Below, piece by piece: positions 37,739-48,227 of a DNA stretch of 64,000 nucleotides. The DNA is taken from assembly GCA_963677595.1 (NCBI GenBank), contig OY782041.1, positions 2,880,001-2,944,000 of the forward strand, written 5' to 3'. The DNA comes from Spirochaetia bacterium. GTDB lineage: Bacteria > Spirochaetota > Spirochaetia > CAKZLE01. The first letter of the stretch is position 1. Every line of letters starts with the position of its first letter. The translations under genes and the position numbers were made by a program. The notes beneath the pieces were generated by a model. The model was not told the DNA's origin and searched no databases. It worked only from the letters and a program-made list of their open reading frames with translations.

Positions 37739-38698
37739 CTACTCCTTTCGGTCCTGGAGACTGTTGAGGATGACGGCCAGCAGGATCACGAGTCCGCGTA
37801 CAACCTGCTGCATGTAGGGAGTGACTCCCAACAGGATCATGCCGTTGGTCAGGATACCGACGAAGAGCATACCGACGAGGGTTCCCGTGAGCTTTCCCTC
37901 ACCACCGGAGATCGACGTACCGCCGATGACTACCGCCGCGATGATGTCCAGTTCCCAGCCGGTACCGACCTCGGGAGAACCAGCCATGAGGCGAGAGGAG
38001 AGGATGATCCCCCCGACAGCCGAGAGGGCTGCCGTGGCCACGAAGACCAGTACCTTCACCGAGAAGATCCTGATGCCCGAGAGCCGTGCTGCATCCTCGT
38101 TGCCGCCGATCGAGTAGACCGACCGGCCGAAGGGGGTGTGGTTGAGCAGGATGTAGCCCAGTGCATAGAGGACGATCATGTAGATGACCGGGTAGGGGAT
38201 GCCTGCCAGGTGTCCTGCCCCGATGGGGAAGAAGGACTTGGGCAGCCCGCCGACCGGGTACCCGCCGGTCATGGTGTAGGTGATACCCCTGATGAGTGTC
38301 AGCATGGCTAATGTGACAAGGAAGGCATGGAGCTTGAAGTAGGCGATGATGACCCCGCTCAAGAAGCCCCACAGGGAGCTGATCGCGAGGGTCAGGATGA
38401 TCGCTATCGGCAGCGGGATGCCGGCCTTGAGCAGCAGTGCGTTGAGCACCGATGCGAAGGCGACGACGGCCCCGACACTCAGGTCCATCTGGGCGAGGAT
38501 GATCGCCATGGTCATGCCGATGGCGATGATCGCCTGGATCGAGATCTGCCGCAGGACGTTCACGATGTTTGATGACGTGAAGAACTTCGGCGTCGCGATG
38601 CTCAGGAAGATGATCATGCCAACGAGGGCTACATAGAGAGCATACTCTATAAGGAATAGTTTCAGTGAAAACTGCTTTTTCTGTATCGTATCGTTCAC
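37739..38698 (-). CDS. Sugar ABC transporter permease (RbsC-like)
   Basis: MDLSVG, GGNEDAARLSGI, ELDIIAAVVIGGTSISGG. Confidence 0.93.
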   Translation of the reverse strand: MNDTIQKKQFSLKLFLIEYALYVALVGMIIFLSIATPKFFTSSNIVNVLRQISIQAIIAIGMTMAIILAQMDLSVGAVVAFASVLNALLLKAGIPLPIAIILTLAISSLWGFLSGVIIAYFKLHAFLVTLAMLTLIRGITYTMTGGYPVGGLPKSFFPIGAGHLAGIPYPVIYMIVLYALGYILLNHTPFGRSVYSIGGNEDAARLSGIRIFSVKVLVFVATAALSAVGGIILSSRLMAGSPEVGTGWELDIIAAVVIGGTSISGGEGKLTGTLVGMLFVGILTNGMILLGVTPYMQQVVRGLVILLAVILNSLQDRKE

Positions 38699-40230
38699 GA
38701 CTGTACTCCTACGTCTGTGTTTGAACCGGTATCTTCGGTTGCGTGGTGCAGGATCATATCCTGTGTCACCTCTGCAGCAGAGGCGAATTCAGCGGTGATC
38801 TTCCCGTTGCTCATGACGAGAATCCTGTCGCTCATCTCGAGGATCTCCGGTATCTCCGAGGAGATGAGGATGATCCCGAGTCCCTCTTCCGCAAGCTCGT
38901 TGAGGAGGGAGTATATCTGTCCCTTGGACCCGACATCGATCCCGCGGGTGGGTTCATCCATGATCAGGATATCGGGTTTGGTTGCCATCCATTTGGCGAT
39001 GACCACCTTCTGCTGGTTCCCGCCGCTCAGGGCGCGGGCAGCCTGGTGACCGCCTGCGGCTTTCACATGGAGGTCCTTGAGCAGCCTGGTGACCAGGGGC
39101 TTCTCCAACCCCCTGCGGATCAGGCCGGTTCTCGTGACTTGTTTCAGTACCGGGAGGGTGATGTTCTCCGCGAGGGAGTGGCGGAGGATGAGTCCCTCCT
39201 CCTTCCGGTCCTCGGTGACGAAGGCCATCTTGTTGTCTTTCGCGGCTTTCGGGGAGGTGATCTCCACCGTCTTTCCGTGGATCGTGATCTCGCCTGAGGT
39301 GTGCGGGTCCGCCCCGAAGAGCGCCCGGGCGAGCTCGGTCCGGCCGGCACCAGCGAGGCCTGCAAGGCCGAGGATCTCACCCTGGTGGAGGTCGAAGCTG
39401 ATGTCCCTGAACTTACCGTTCGAGGTGAAATCCCGTACCTGCATCATGACAGGTCCCTGCTCCTTGGCCTCCTTCGGGGTGTGCTCGAGTGCCTTCCCGA
39501 CCATATGGTTGATGATGACCGGTTTCGGTGCATCGGCGATGTCGAGGGTCGTCACGTTCTGTCCATCACGGAAGATCGTTACGCGATCAGCGATGATCGG
39601 GAGCTCCTCGAGCCGGTGGGAAACATAGATGATGCTCATGCCCTTGGCCACCAGCTTCTTGATGACGGTGAACATGTTATCGATGTCATTGTCGGTGAGC
39701 GATGCGGTAGGCTCATCCATGATGAAGACCTTCGCATCGTAGCTGATCGCCTTCGCGATCTCGACGAGCTGCCGCTGCGCGACACTGAGGTTCTTCACGA
39801 GGGTCTTCGGTTCGATGACGGTATCCATCATCGAGAGGACCTCCCGTGCCTCTTCGTTGATCGTCTTCCAGTCAACGAAAGGACCTTTCTTCGTCAGTCT
39901 GCCCATCTGGAGGTTCTCAGCCACACTGAGGCTGTTCACCAGGCTGAACTCCTGGTAGACCGCACTGATACCCAGGTGCCGGGCCTGGATAGGGTTGTGG
40001 ATCTCTACCGTCTCTCCCTGGAAGATGATCTCACCGCAGCCCGGGTCGGGCCTGTATGCACCGGTGATGATCTTGATCAGCGTGCTCTTGCCGGCCCCGT
40101 TGGCTCCGACGAGGGCATGCACCTCACCTGGCTTCAGCTGGAAATCGACGCCCTTGAGGGCCTGGATCCCGCCGAAATGCTTGACCATCTTCTTTACTTC
40201 TAGCATATACTGCATGGGGGTTATCTCCAT
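38695..40230 (-). CDS. Sugar ABC transporter ATP-binding protein (RbsA-like)
   Basis: GANGAGKST, DEPTASL, LSGGNQQK, DEPTRGID. Confidence 0.95.
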   Translation of the reverse strand: MEITPMQYMLEVKKMVKHFGGIQALKGVDFQLKPGEVHALVGANGAGKSTLIKIITGAYRPDPGCGEIIFQGETVEIHNPIQARHLGISAVYQEFSLVNSLSVAENLQMGRLTKKGPFVDWKTINEEAREVLSMMDTVIEPKTLVKNLSVAQRQLVEIAKAISYDAKVFIMDEPTASLTDNDIDNMFTVIKKLVAKGMSIIYVSHRLEELPIIADRVTIFRDGQNVTTLDIADAPKPVIINHMVGKALEHTPKEAKEQGPVMMQVRDFTSNGKFRDISFDLHQGEILGLAGLAGAGRTELARALFGADPHTSGEITIHGKTVEITSPKAAKDNKMAFVTEDRKEEGLILRHSLAENITLPVLKQVTRTGLIRRGLEKPLVTRLLKDLHVKAAGGHQAARALSGGNQQKVVIAKWMATKPDILIMDEPTRGIDVGSKGQIYSLLNELAEEGLGIILISSEIPEILEMSDRILVMSNGKITAEFASAAEVTQDMILHHATEDTGSNTDVGVQS

Positions 40231-40243
40231 TCAACACTGCGAT

Positions 40244-40276
40244 CTGCACAGGGGAGGGCATCCCTCCCCCATGCAG
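40244..40276 (-). terminator. Intercistronic stem-loop after the binding-protein gene
   Basis: CTGCA..GGGGAGGG CAT CCCTCCCC..TGCAG. Confidence 0.55.
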
Positions 40277-40299
40277 CTCTATCTCATAGGTTCGTATTA

Positions 40300-41271
40300 C
40301 TACTTGATCAGGTATGCCCTGTCATCCAGGTACTTCTGGACTTCTGCGGCATCGTCGAGGGTGTAGGTCTTCAGGGGGATGAGGACCTCATTGTCCGTCG
40401 AACCGGTCTTGACTACGTCCACTGCGTTGGAGATCGAGGTATAACCGATCTCGAAGGGCTGCTGTGTGGTGACGGCATAGAGGAATGCGTTATCTTCGAG
40501 CATGCTTCGTGCGATGTCGATACTCATGTCGGTTCCCATCAGGACGATGTCTGTCTCTCCCTTCCCGTTGAGCGCTGCGAGTGACCCGAGGAGTGCTCCC
40601 TGGTTCCAGCACCAGATGAGGTCGACTTCAGGATGAGCCTCGAGGATGCTCTCTGTCACGGAGAGACCGAGTTCCTTGTACTCTGCGTCCTGCTCTGCGA
40701 CGATGGTCGCACCTGCTGCTGCAGCGACTTTGTCCTTGAAACCGTTCACACGGTCGATACCTACTGAGTATTTTGAAGTCCCGATGACTGCGATGTTAGC
40801 CTTTCCGCCCATCTTCTCTTCGATGAACTGTGCGGCATACTCACCAGTCTGGGCACCGAGGTCATAGTTGTCTACACCAATGAAGTACTTTGACTCGGGT
40901 GAGTCGACTTTCGAGTTCCAGGTGATCACGGGGATGTCCGCAGCTACTGCCCGCTCGAATGCCGGGACGGAAGCCTGGTCACTCTGGGGTGAGATACTGA
41001 TGGCATCAACCTGCTGGGCGATGAAGTTGTCGATGAGGTTTGCCTCTTTTGCCACGTCAGAGTCAGAGCTCATGATCATGACGTCGACACCGAGGTCTGT
41101 CCCTGCTTTCTTCATTCCTTCGATCACTTCAGCGAACCACTCATGCTTGGTGTCGAGCAGGATAGCCCCGATCTCGATCTTCCCGTCTTCCTGCTGGCCT
41201 GCAGCGAAGAGGCTTCCTGCCGCTGTGAGCAGCACGCTTACCAGACAGAGTGTCAATACGAATCTTCTCAT
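40300..41271 (-). CDS. Sugar ABC transporter substrate-binding protein
   Basis: Spirochaetal-type signal LFAAGQQE; GVDNYDLG, QQPFEIG. Confidence 0.92.
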   Translation of the reverse strand: MRRFVLTLCLVSVLLTAAGSLFAAGQQEDGKIEIGAILLDTKHEWFAEVIEGMKKAGTDLGVDVMIMSSDSDVAKEANLIDNFIAQQVDAISISPQSDQASVPAFERAVAADIPVITWNSKVDSPESKYFIGVDNYDLGAQTGEYAAQFIEEKMGGKANIAVIGTSKYSVGIDRVNGFKDKVAAAAGATIVAEQDAEYKELGLSVTESILEAHPEVDLIWCWNQGALLGSLAALNGKGETDIVLMGTDMSIDIARSMLEDNAFLYAVTTQQPFEIGYTSISNAVDVVKTGSTDNEVLIPLKTYTLDDAAEVQKYLDDRAYLIK

Positions 41272-41322
41272 TACAAAACTCCTTTTATCGTTTCTCTTGT
41301 ATGTTAAAGCTGTGTTCCAGCC

Positions 41323-41645
41323 TTAATCCTGATGGAATACTTCCTTCATCTCGGCCCACCATTCCCCTTTCGCACGTTCGGGGAGCGGGGTCTGCAGTGG
41401 TTTCTGTACCGCCCACCACTTCTGGGTCATCTCATCGGCAGCCATCTTCGCCATGTCGGCATCATAGTCGGTCCCGGTATACTCGTAGTAGGAGAAGAGC
41501 AGCCCGCCGAACCGGTAGATGGAGTAGTTGTGGATGTTGCACTCGGTGATCATCGCAGCACTTCCGGCCATACTGCTGCATGGTATGCCTCGTATGTCTC
41601 GATCTGCTCTTCCCCGATCCCGATCAGCTGTCCGTGTCGTTTCAT
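41323..41645 (-). pseudogene. rhaM: L-rhamnose mutarotase with single-base frameshift near 41556
   Basis: MKRHGQ..YEAYHAAVWPEVL then MITECNIHNYSIY..KWW..EVFHQD in another frame. Confidence 0.8.
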
Positions 41646-41873
41646 ATCCGCCTCGATAAAATTGATGATAAAGTATGTTGGTAAAACTGTTGTTGGTAAT
41701 CATGATTTTAGCACACATTTTAGCGTTGTCAACTTAAAATTTTATAAAAATAGCAAGAAGTTACAACATATATATGGCAAAATGGCGGTAAAACAGGGGG
41801 TAATGTGGTAAAATTTTGATAAAATTTAAAAATATTAGTGGACAACTGCTGATAAAATGGTAAAATACTATAC

Positions 41874-42923
41874 ATGAAAAAGACAGCACGAAAACCAGCA
41901 GCAAAACTCCAGGATGTGGCATCGAAAGCCGAGGTATCCCTGACCACCGCGTCGATGGCCCTCTCCGGGAAGGGGAGGATCTCCGACGAGGTGAAGCAGC
42001 GTGTGGCAGAGGTCGCGAGGGAGCTCGGCTACGAGCGGAAGGGTGCCCCGAAGGTGAAGAAGCCGGTCCACCACAAGCGGGTGGGCGTCATCGCCTTCAC
42101 CGACTCCTCCTGGTCCTGGACCTGGCACATGCTCACCCAGGTGATCACCGAGATGGACCATATCCTCCAGGGGCTCGGCTACGTGATCTCGATCATCCCT
42201 GTCACTGCCGGCATCGAGCCTGACGAGGTACTGGGGAAGGTCAGGCAGCTCGACATCGATGCGGTGGTATCGATCTACTTCGGGGACCGGGAGCTCTTCC
42301 GGAGTCTCGAGGAGCAGGGTATCCCTGTGGTGATCGTGCTGAACAACAACTATGAGTATGAGTTCAACTGCATCAGTGTCGATGACTTCCAGGGAGCCTA
42401 CGAAGGCACGAGACACCTCATCGAGCTCGGCCATGAGCAGATCGCCTATATTGATTATGAGATCCCCCTGGTCAACTCGATCGTCACCGACCGGTTCATC
42501 GGGTTCCAGAAAGCCATCGACGAGTTTCACCTGGCCTATCCTGCGGAGCACCGGGTGACCTGCGACTTCAACAACATGCGCGATATTCGCCAGAAGGTGC
42601 TGCAGCTCCTGCGCCAGGAGCCGAAGCCTACGGCCATCTTCGCCATAGACGACTACCTCGGCGCGAAGATCATGACGATCCTCCAGGAGCAGGGGATCAG
42701 GGTGCCTGAGGAGATCTCGCTGCTGACCCCGGGTGACGTGCTCAACTACGATGAGCCCTTCATCCCGGCCATCACGACGATGAGCATAGACTTCACCCTC
42801 ATGGGACGCCTCACCGCGGAGATGATCCATAACAAGGTCTCCAACGGCAGCGATCCTGCCAGTGTCCTGAAGGTTACCCAGAAGCTCATCAGGCGCATGA
42901 GCTGCAGGAGTATCGGAATCTGA
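41874..42923 (+). CDS. LacI family regulator
   Basis: KLQDVASKAEVSLTTASMAL, LGHEQIAY, PTAIFA. Confidence 0.92.
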   Translation: MKKTARKPAAKLQDVASKAEVSLTTASMALSGKGRISDEVKQRVAEVARELGYERKGAPKVKKPVHHKRVGVIAFTDSSWSWTWHMLTQVITEMDHILQGLGYVISIIPVTAGIEPDEVLGKVRQLDIDAVVSIYFGDRELFRSLEEQGIPVVIVLNNNYEYEFNCISVDDFQGAYEGTRHLIELGHEQIAYIDYEIPLVNSIVTDRFIGFQKAIDEFHLAYPAEHRVTCDFNNMRDIRQKVLQLLRQEPKPTAIFAIDDYLGAKIMTILQEQGIRVPEEISLLTPGDVLNYDEPFIPAITTMSIDFTLMGRLTAEMIHNKVSNGSDPASVLKVTQKLIRRMSCRSIGI

Positions 42924-42928
42924 AACTG

Positions 42929-43066
42929 TCAGTGCATCAGAGGCAGAACAGTCTTCTGACTTGATCCTGTCCCTGGCAGCTCTATCTGGTAGGTTCTTCG
43001 TTCATATGCATTGATGAGGTCGATCAGGAGTTCGGCTTCATTATAGGCTGTTTGGTCATGTATCAT
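42929..43066 (-). pseudogene. Short HigA-like antitoxin remnant
   Basis: IHDQTAYNEA..LIDLINAYE..Y resembles the HigA N-terminal helix; truncated. Confidence 0.4.
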
Positions 43067-43067
43067 C

Positions 43068-43784
43068 TTATTCCTCCCGATTGTAGACGACCGGGGTGCA
43101 GTACCTCCACTGCTTCCAGAGCGTGTCATCGAGCAGCAGGGATGCCATGAAATGGGCGACCTAGATCCTGCTGGTCTTTCCCGGGTTCGAGAGCGGGTCC
43201 CGCTGCCTGTGTTCACACACATCATAGGTCTTGACAACGTCCTCATCGATGAGCGTATCAGGCCGTACTGCCGTCCATTCAAGGTATGGGGAAGCCCTAA
43301 GGTCCCGGATGAGGAAGTCAGCGGCGTGCATGTTGTCCCGGTGGGGCGGGAGGAACAGCTTCAGGATGGAGAGGACGATGGAGGTCTTGCGTGCCTGGGT
43401 CTCTTTCTCAGTCTCGGTCGTGTATGCGGTGGTGCTCATGAGGATGAACTTCTTCATACCCCCCGAGCGTTCTGCCGCTTGTGCGACCCTTCGCACCAGG
43501 TGGGTCACCAGGTTGTACGGGGGGCCGAAGATGCCCCTGGGGTCGATGGTATGACCGAGGCAGCAGACGACCGCATCACAGTCAGCGATGAGCTCCCCGA
43601 TCCGTTCGGTCCCATAGGTGTCGATACTTCCCCGCAGGACCTCGATGTTCGGGTTTTCCTCGAAGGGTTCCGGGATGGAACTGCGCTCCCGTATGATGGC
43701 CCGTACCTGTATGCCGTTATCTGCCAGCTGCTAGACGACGAGCCTTCCGGTCGCCCCGCTTGCCCCTGCTACGAATACTCTCAT
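43068..43784 (-). pseudogene. NAD(P)H-binding (SDR-like) oxidoreductase pseudogene
   Basis: MRVFVAGASGATGRLVV* with a frameshift near 43632 and a second in-frame TAG at 43161; WTAVRPDTL retained. Confidence 0.85.
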
Positions 43785-43819
43785 AAGTCATTCTATCACA
43801 GTCTCGACATGACTGGTGC

Positions 43820-44040
43820 TCATTTCCTAGAGTTTTGGCTGTTCTCCTGGACCCTGAATGCAACGATCTCCCTGATCAGCCCATAGGGGACTGGCTTGGA
43901 GTAGGGGAACTGCACCGAGCCCTTTCCCTGCTTATAGGCAGACAGCCTCTCAACAAAGGCCTCATGGCCTGTGGGGGTGGCATAGAAGCCGAGGTGCTTC
44001 TTCTGTGCCGCGAAATAGACCAGGGGGCTACCGCAGGGGC
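43820..44040 (-). pseudogene. 3' fragment duplicate of DUF1801 gene
   Basis: [30 protein letters not shown] with no 5' half. Confidence 0.85.
43851..44034. repeat. Direct repeat copy 1 (DUF1801 3' half)
   Basis: About 184 bp with about 8 mismatches to 46341-46524 (counted by eye). Confidence 0.9.
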
Positions 44041-44066
44041 TAAAGCCGAGCAGAACTGTGCTCTCG

Positions 44067-46007
44067 TTAATCAACCTCATCAAAAGTGAATATATGGGCA
44101 CTTCCCGAATCCATTCCGTTGTCATCATCAAAAAAGGACCCGCAAAGTACCTGGTTCCCGCTGAGAGAGACTGAAGCCCCAAAATAGTCTTCGGCAGCGC
44201 CGTCTGGAGCCGTGATCTTTGTTCCTGTATCCCAGTTCCCACTATCGTCTTGCTGGAATATATACGCGCTTCCTGAACCTGCCCCATGATCACCATCGTA
44301 CTTTGCTCCCACGACAGCCAGATTCCCGTTGATTGATACTGATTCTCCGAATCTATCATAGTCGACTGCATCATGGGCAGTCAGCTTGATTTCGGAATCC
44401 CAGATACCACCGATTCTCCTGTATATATACGCACTTCCTCTTGAATACCCTCCATCACTGGTGAGAGGGGATCCTGCGATGAGCGTATCTCCTTCTATTG
44501 CGATAGAGGTGCTGAAGTAATCATATCCTTCCCCGTCAGAAGCGCTTATGTTTGAGTTCAGGTTCCAGGTCCCGCTGAGATCCCTGTCATAGATATAGGC
44601 ACTTCCCGAATCCACTCCATTTTCAGTATCATCGCGGACGGCTCCGACTGCCAGACAATCACCGCTTATACTGACCGAATGACCGAATCTGTCCCCTTCA
44701 GCACCATCATCGGGTACCAGCTTCGTCTGTTCTGACCAATTGCCTGCTGTATCCCGATGGAACAGATAGACGCTTCCTGAAGCTGGTGTGAATCCACTGG
44801 GGTAAACGGGCGCTCCGACTACGGCATAATCACCGCTTATCCCGACGGAATAGCCGAACTCGTCACCGGCAGCGATATCACCGGAAATGATGCGTGTTCC
44901 GTCATCCCAGTTCCCGTCTCCATTCCGATGGAAGATATAGGCAGATCCTGCAGTGTCGCCGTTCGCATCATCCCAGGGAGCTCCCACGATGACATCTTCC
45001 TCGCTGATGGCAACTGACAGACCGAAGGCATCATTTTCAGTACCATCAGAAGCTGATATGTTCGTACCGGTATCCCAACTCCCATCCTCTTCCCGATGGA
45101 AGATATAGGCACTGCCCGAACTGTCCCCATGATCATCATCACCCCAGGCACTGATCACCGCATAATCTCCGTTGATTGCAGTATACTGGCCAAAGTAATC
45201 AAGAGAAGCTCCATCAGCAGCCAGGAGCTTCACATAATCCATCCACCTGGCATAGAAGGTCCTGGTGCCTGTTGAGCCCTCAAGTATCGTATCTGACTCT
45301 GTAGTGTATTCAGCATCACTGTACCAGCCGATAAAATAACTCTCGCTCTTTGTCGGTGGATTGAGAGTTATGAGCTCATCGAGGATCGTATATGTTAACG
45401 GATTCACACCATTGGTGCCGCCGGAGAGCATGTAGGTGATCGTATAGGTCTCAATGACCCATTTGGCATAGATGACCTGATCGATGAGGGTCCCTTCCGG
45501 GATCGTCGGGGATGGTACCGTGAATCCCGCATCACTATACCAGCCGGCAAAGTCATAGCCGTCCTTGACAGGATCGATGAATGTGATGGTACCATCCTCG
45601 ATAGTGAAACTGTTGGGGTTGTTTACACTGTTGACCCCTTCATCCATGATGTACGTGATCATGAACGGGGCTACCAGCCATTTCGCATAGAAGACCCTGT
45701 TCCCGGTCGAACCGGAGGGGATCGTTGATGCTTCTGTGGTGAATCCTGCATCGCTGTACCAGCCGATAAAGTCATAGCCTGTCTTGACCGGGTCAGTCAG
45801 GGTGATGAGGTCGTCCTCGGATGTATAGGTTGCAGGGTTTGTACCGTTGGTCCCGCCATCCAGTTCATAGTGTATGGTAAATGACTCCACAGGAGGATCC
45901 AAGGTGCAGACTAAGAGGCTGGTACTTACTAGCAGGAATATGGTGATCAGCAGGACATGCTGTATTGCATTTTTTTTAGATGTCGATCGAACCGAGTGTT
46001 CCTGCAC
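44067..46007 (-). CDS. Surface protein: three InlB B-type repeats plus FG-GAP beta-propeller
   Basis: Signal/lipobox-like LLVC; PVKTGYDFIGWY..FYAKW x3; seven FG.SV.I.G..VGA..GSAYIF repeats. Confidence 0.88.
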   Translation of the reverse strand: MQEHSVRSTSKKNAIQHVLLITIFLLVSTSLLVCTLDPPVESFTIHYELDGGTNGTNPATYTSEDDLITLTDPVKTGYDFIGWYSDAGFTTEASTIPSGSTGNRVFYAKWLVAPFMITYIMDEGVNSVNNPNSFTIEDGTITFIDPVKDGYDFAGWYSDAGFTVPSPTIPEGTLIDQVIYAKWVIETYTITYMLSGGTNGVNPLTYTILDELITLNPPTKSESYFIGWYSDAEYTTESDTILEGSTGTRTFYARWMDYVKLLAADGASLDYFGQYTAINGDYAVISAWGDDDHGDSSGSAYIFHREEDGSWDTGTNISASDGTENDAFGLSVAISEEDVIVGAPWDDANGDTAGSAYIFHRNGDGNWDDGTRIISGDIAAGDEFGYSVGISGDYAVVGAPVYPSGFTPASGSVYLFHRDTAGNWSEQTKLVPDDGAEGDRFGHSVSISGDCLAVGAVRDDTENGVDSGSAYIYDRDLSGTWNLNSNISASDGEGYDYFSTSIAIEGDTLIAGSPLTSDGGYSRGSAYIYRRIGGIWDSEIKLTAHDAVDYDRFGESVSINGNLAVVGAKYDGDHGAGSGSAYIFQQDDSGNWDTGTKITAPDGAAEDYFGASVSLSGNQVLCGSFFDDDNGMDSGSAHIFTFDEVD

Positions 46008-46309
46008 TGTTCCTCCTCAGGTTCTAAGACAGGATACCCGGTTGGACTAGGCATTTGACTGAACGTGCGGGATAGGCTGTCTGATCCCTAGTAACAGTCT
46101 ACTACTGCTCATCATGAACTACAATGGTTGGCATGGATATATATTTCGGCGATTAGTAATGTATTGGACATGATCTCCCAGATCCTGACATGGTCTTGTG
46201 AAGGAAAGACCTGATGTCTTGATACCGGGATCGTATGACGTGAAGGGTATAGATGGGATAGGAGCTTATGAGGCTGCAGAACTGCGGAACTATCGGGAAG
46301 GACCAGGAC

Positions 46310-46663
46310 TCACTTCACGTCATCATCGGTATTCTCGGAGACCCGGAATGCAACGATCTCCCTGATCAGCCCATAGGGGACCGGCTGGGAGTAGGGGAAC
46401 TGCACCGAGCCCTTTCCCTGCTTATAGGCAGACAGCTTCTCAACAAAGGCCTCATGGCCTGTGGGGGTGGCATAGAAGCCAAGGTGCTTCTTCTGAGCCG
46501 CGAAATAGACCAGGGGCCTGCCGCGGAGCTTGTAGGCGGGCATGCCGTAGGAGATGTTCTCTTCTGCCTCAGGTGCGCACTCCCTGATGATCTCCCGAAC
46601 CTTCTTGAGGATGGGCTGGACAGCTTCCGGCTGGGCCTGTATGTAGGTATCGACTGGGTTCAT
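46310..46663 (-). CDS. DUF1801 (YdhG-like) protein
   Basis: [35 protein letters not shown]. Confidence 0.88.
   Translation of the reverse strand: MNPVDTYIQAQPEAVQPILKKVREIIRECAPEAEENISYGMPAYKLRGRPLVYFAAQKKHLGFYATPTGHEAFVEKLSAYKQGKGSVQFPYSQPVPYGLIREIVAFRVSENTDDDVK
46341..46524. repeat. Direct repeat copy 2 (within intact DUF1801)
   Basis: Matches 43851-44034 at a 2490-bp offset. Confidence 0.9.
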
Positions 46664-47019
46664 ACCGTTCCCTTCCTCAGGATCTTCTCCAGCTTCTTCC
46701 CCCGTGCCAGCTCGTCGATGAGCTTGTCGAGGTACCGGATCTCCCGCATCACGGGGTCCTCGATCTCCTCGACCCTGATGCCGCAGACCACCCCGGTGAT
46801 CAGGGACCTCGCAGGGTTGGGTGCAGGACTTTGGGAGATGAAGGTCTCGAAGTCCGTCCCGAGTGAGAGCTGCTTCTCCAACCCTTCGGGGGTGTAGCCG
46901 AAGAGCCAGCAGATGATCTCATCGACCTCCTCCTTCGTCCGACCCTTCCGCTCCGCCTTGGCGATGTAGAGGGGGTAGATAGCAGAGAACTTCGTGGTGA
47001 ATATACGGTGTTTTGCCAT
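46660..47019 (-). CDS. DUF2200 family protein
   Basis: [46 protein letters not shown]. Confidence 0.88.
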   Translation of the reverse strand: MAKHRIFTTKFSAIYPLYIAKAERKGRTKEEVDEIICWLFGYTPEGLEKQLSLGTDFETFISQSPAPNPARSLITGVVCGIRVEEIEDPVMREIRYLDKLIDELARGKKLEKILRKGTV

Positions 47020-47038
47020 GGGACCTCCTGTATGTGAC

Positions 47039-48139
47039 CTAGGCCTTGGCGGGGGTCGATCCCCGGTAGGCGATCTTCCCGTTGATATAGGTCCGCTGGA
47101 AGATATCATCCCTGGCCTGGAGGCGTTCACTCAGCCGTTTCAGGGCGAGTCCGACGAGTTTCGCATAGTGGTAGTCGATGCTGGAGAGGGTCGGGAAGGT
47201 CAGGTCGCAAACGGAGGTGTTCCTGCTGCCGAGGACCATGACCTCTTCAGGGCACCGGATACCTGCACGCTGCAGTTCGTTGAGTGCCGCGACTGCCATG
47301 TTGTCGTTTGCGCAGATGATGATGTCCGTGGTATTCCCGGCTGCGAGCCAGGAAGCCACAGCTTCCTGGTAGCACTCCATCGTCCACGCCGTCGCCTCGA
47401 TCCTGTCCAGCGCGATCTCATTCCCGGCCTGCTGGACTGCCAGTTCCACTCCCTGCCAGCGCTTGCTGGCAGCATCGAAGGGCTTCGGGTTGTCCATATA
47501 GGTCAGGCGGCGGCAGCCCCTCTCGATCAGGCTGTTCGTCTCGAGGAAGTAGGTCCTCAGATAATCGATCCCAACGACATCGACTGCATCATCGAGGGCT
47601 GCAGGCAGCAGTGCCACGACCGGTATATGGTGGTCCTGTGCCATGCGGATCAGTTCGGGGTCGATGAGGTTGACGATGATGAGCCCGTCGATCTTCCCGA
47701 GCATCTCCTCATACTGGGTCCTGCTCTGGGGATCGTGGTAGCTCACATACCGTGAGACGGGATGCCAGCCGTAATCATCGGCCTGGTCATGGACGGAGGT
47801 GAGGATGTTCCCGAACAGCGTATGCAGCTGTTCCTTCGGTGTCGTCCCCTCACCGTTGTCGATCACGACGCCGATCAGGCCGTACGACGGGGTCTTCACC
47901 TCCTGGTTCTCGATGACGAAGGCTCCCTTGCTCGGCAGGATCTCTACGAGTCCCTTCCCCTGGAGGATCAGGATCGCCCCCTTGCCGGTCTCGTGGCTCA
48001 CCTCGTACATTCTGCCGAGATCCCGCATCGAGGGGAGGCGGTCCCCGACCTTCAGTTCCCCTGACAGGATCTGGTTCTCGAGATCCTCCGCGATCTGTTC
48101 CTGGAGCGTCATTCTGGGTTTCTTCTCAAGATCGTTCAT
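47039..48139 (-). CDS. GntR HTH / LacI-type ligand-binding regulator
   Basis: [21 protein letters not shown]; C-terminal CANDNMA, PTLSSI. Confidence 0.88.
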   Translation of the reverse strand: MNDLEKKPRMTLQEQIAEDLENQILSGELKVGDRLPSMRDLGRMYEVSHETGKGAILILQGKGLVEILPSKGAFVIENQEVKTPSYGLIGVVIDNGEGTTPKEQLHTLFGNILTSVHDQADDYGWHPVSRYVSYHDPQSRTQYEEMLGKIDGLIIVNLIDPELIRMAQDHHIPVVALLPAALDDAVDVVGIDYLRTYFLETNSLIERGCRRLTYMDNPKPFDAASKRWQGVELAVQQAGNEIALDRIEATAWTMECYQEAVASWLAAGNTTDIIICANDNMAVAALNELQRAGIRCPEEVMVLGSRNTSVCDLTFPTLSSIDYHYAKLVGLALKRLSERLQARDDIFQRTYINGKIAYRGSTPAKA

Positions 48140-48150
48140 ATGGTTTCCTT

Positions 48151-48164
48151 ACGTAAGCTTACAA
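48151..48164. promoter_or_regulatory. Candidate operator ACGTAAGCTTACAA upstream of the regulator
   Basis: Palindromic core GTAAGCTTAC; exact reverse complement at 51567-51580. Confidence 0.65.
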
Positions 48165-48227
48165 TCATTCTACCGTAATCGAGCCATTAGTCAATCAGGA
48201 ATCGACAGAAGTGACGGGAGTTACACA

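Noticed and set aside
43068-43784. Amber recoding suggested by two in-frame TAG codons
   Set aside because: The same gene also has a frameshift, and TAG terminates many intact genes in the window.
43820-44374. 184-aa ORF as a real fusion gene
   Set aside because: The N-terminal part is an alternative frame of the FG-GAP gene running into the DUF1801 fragment.
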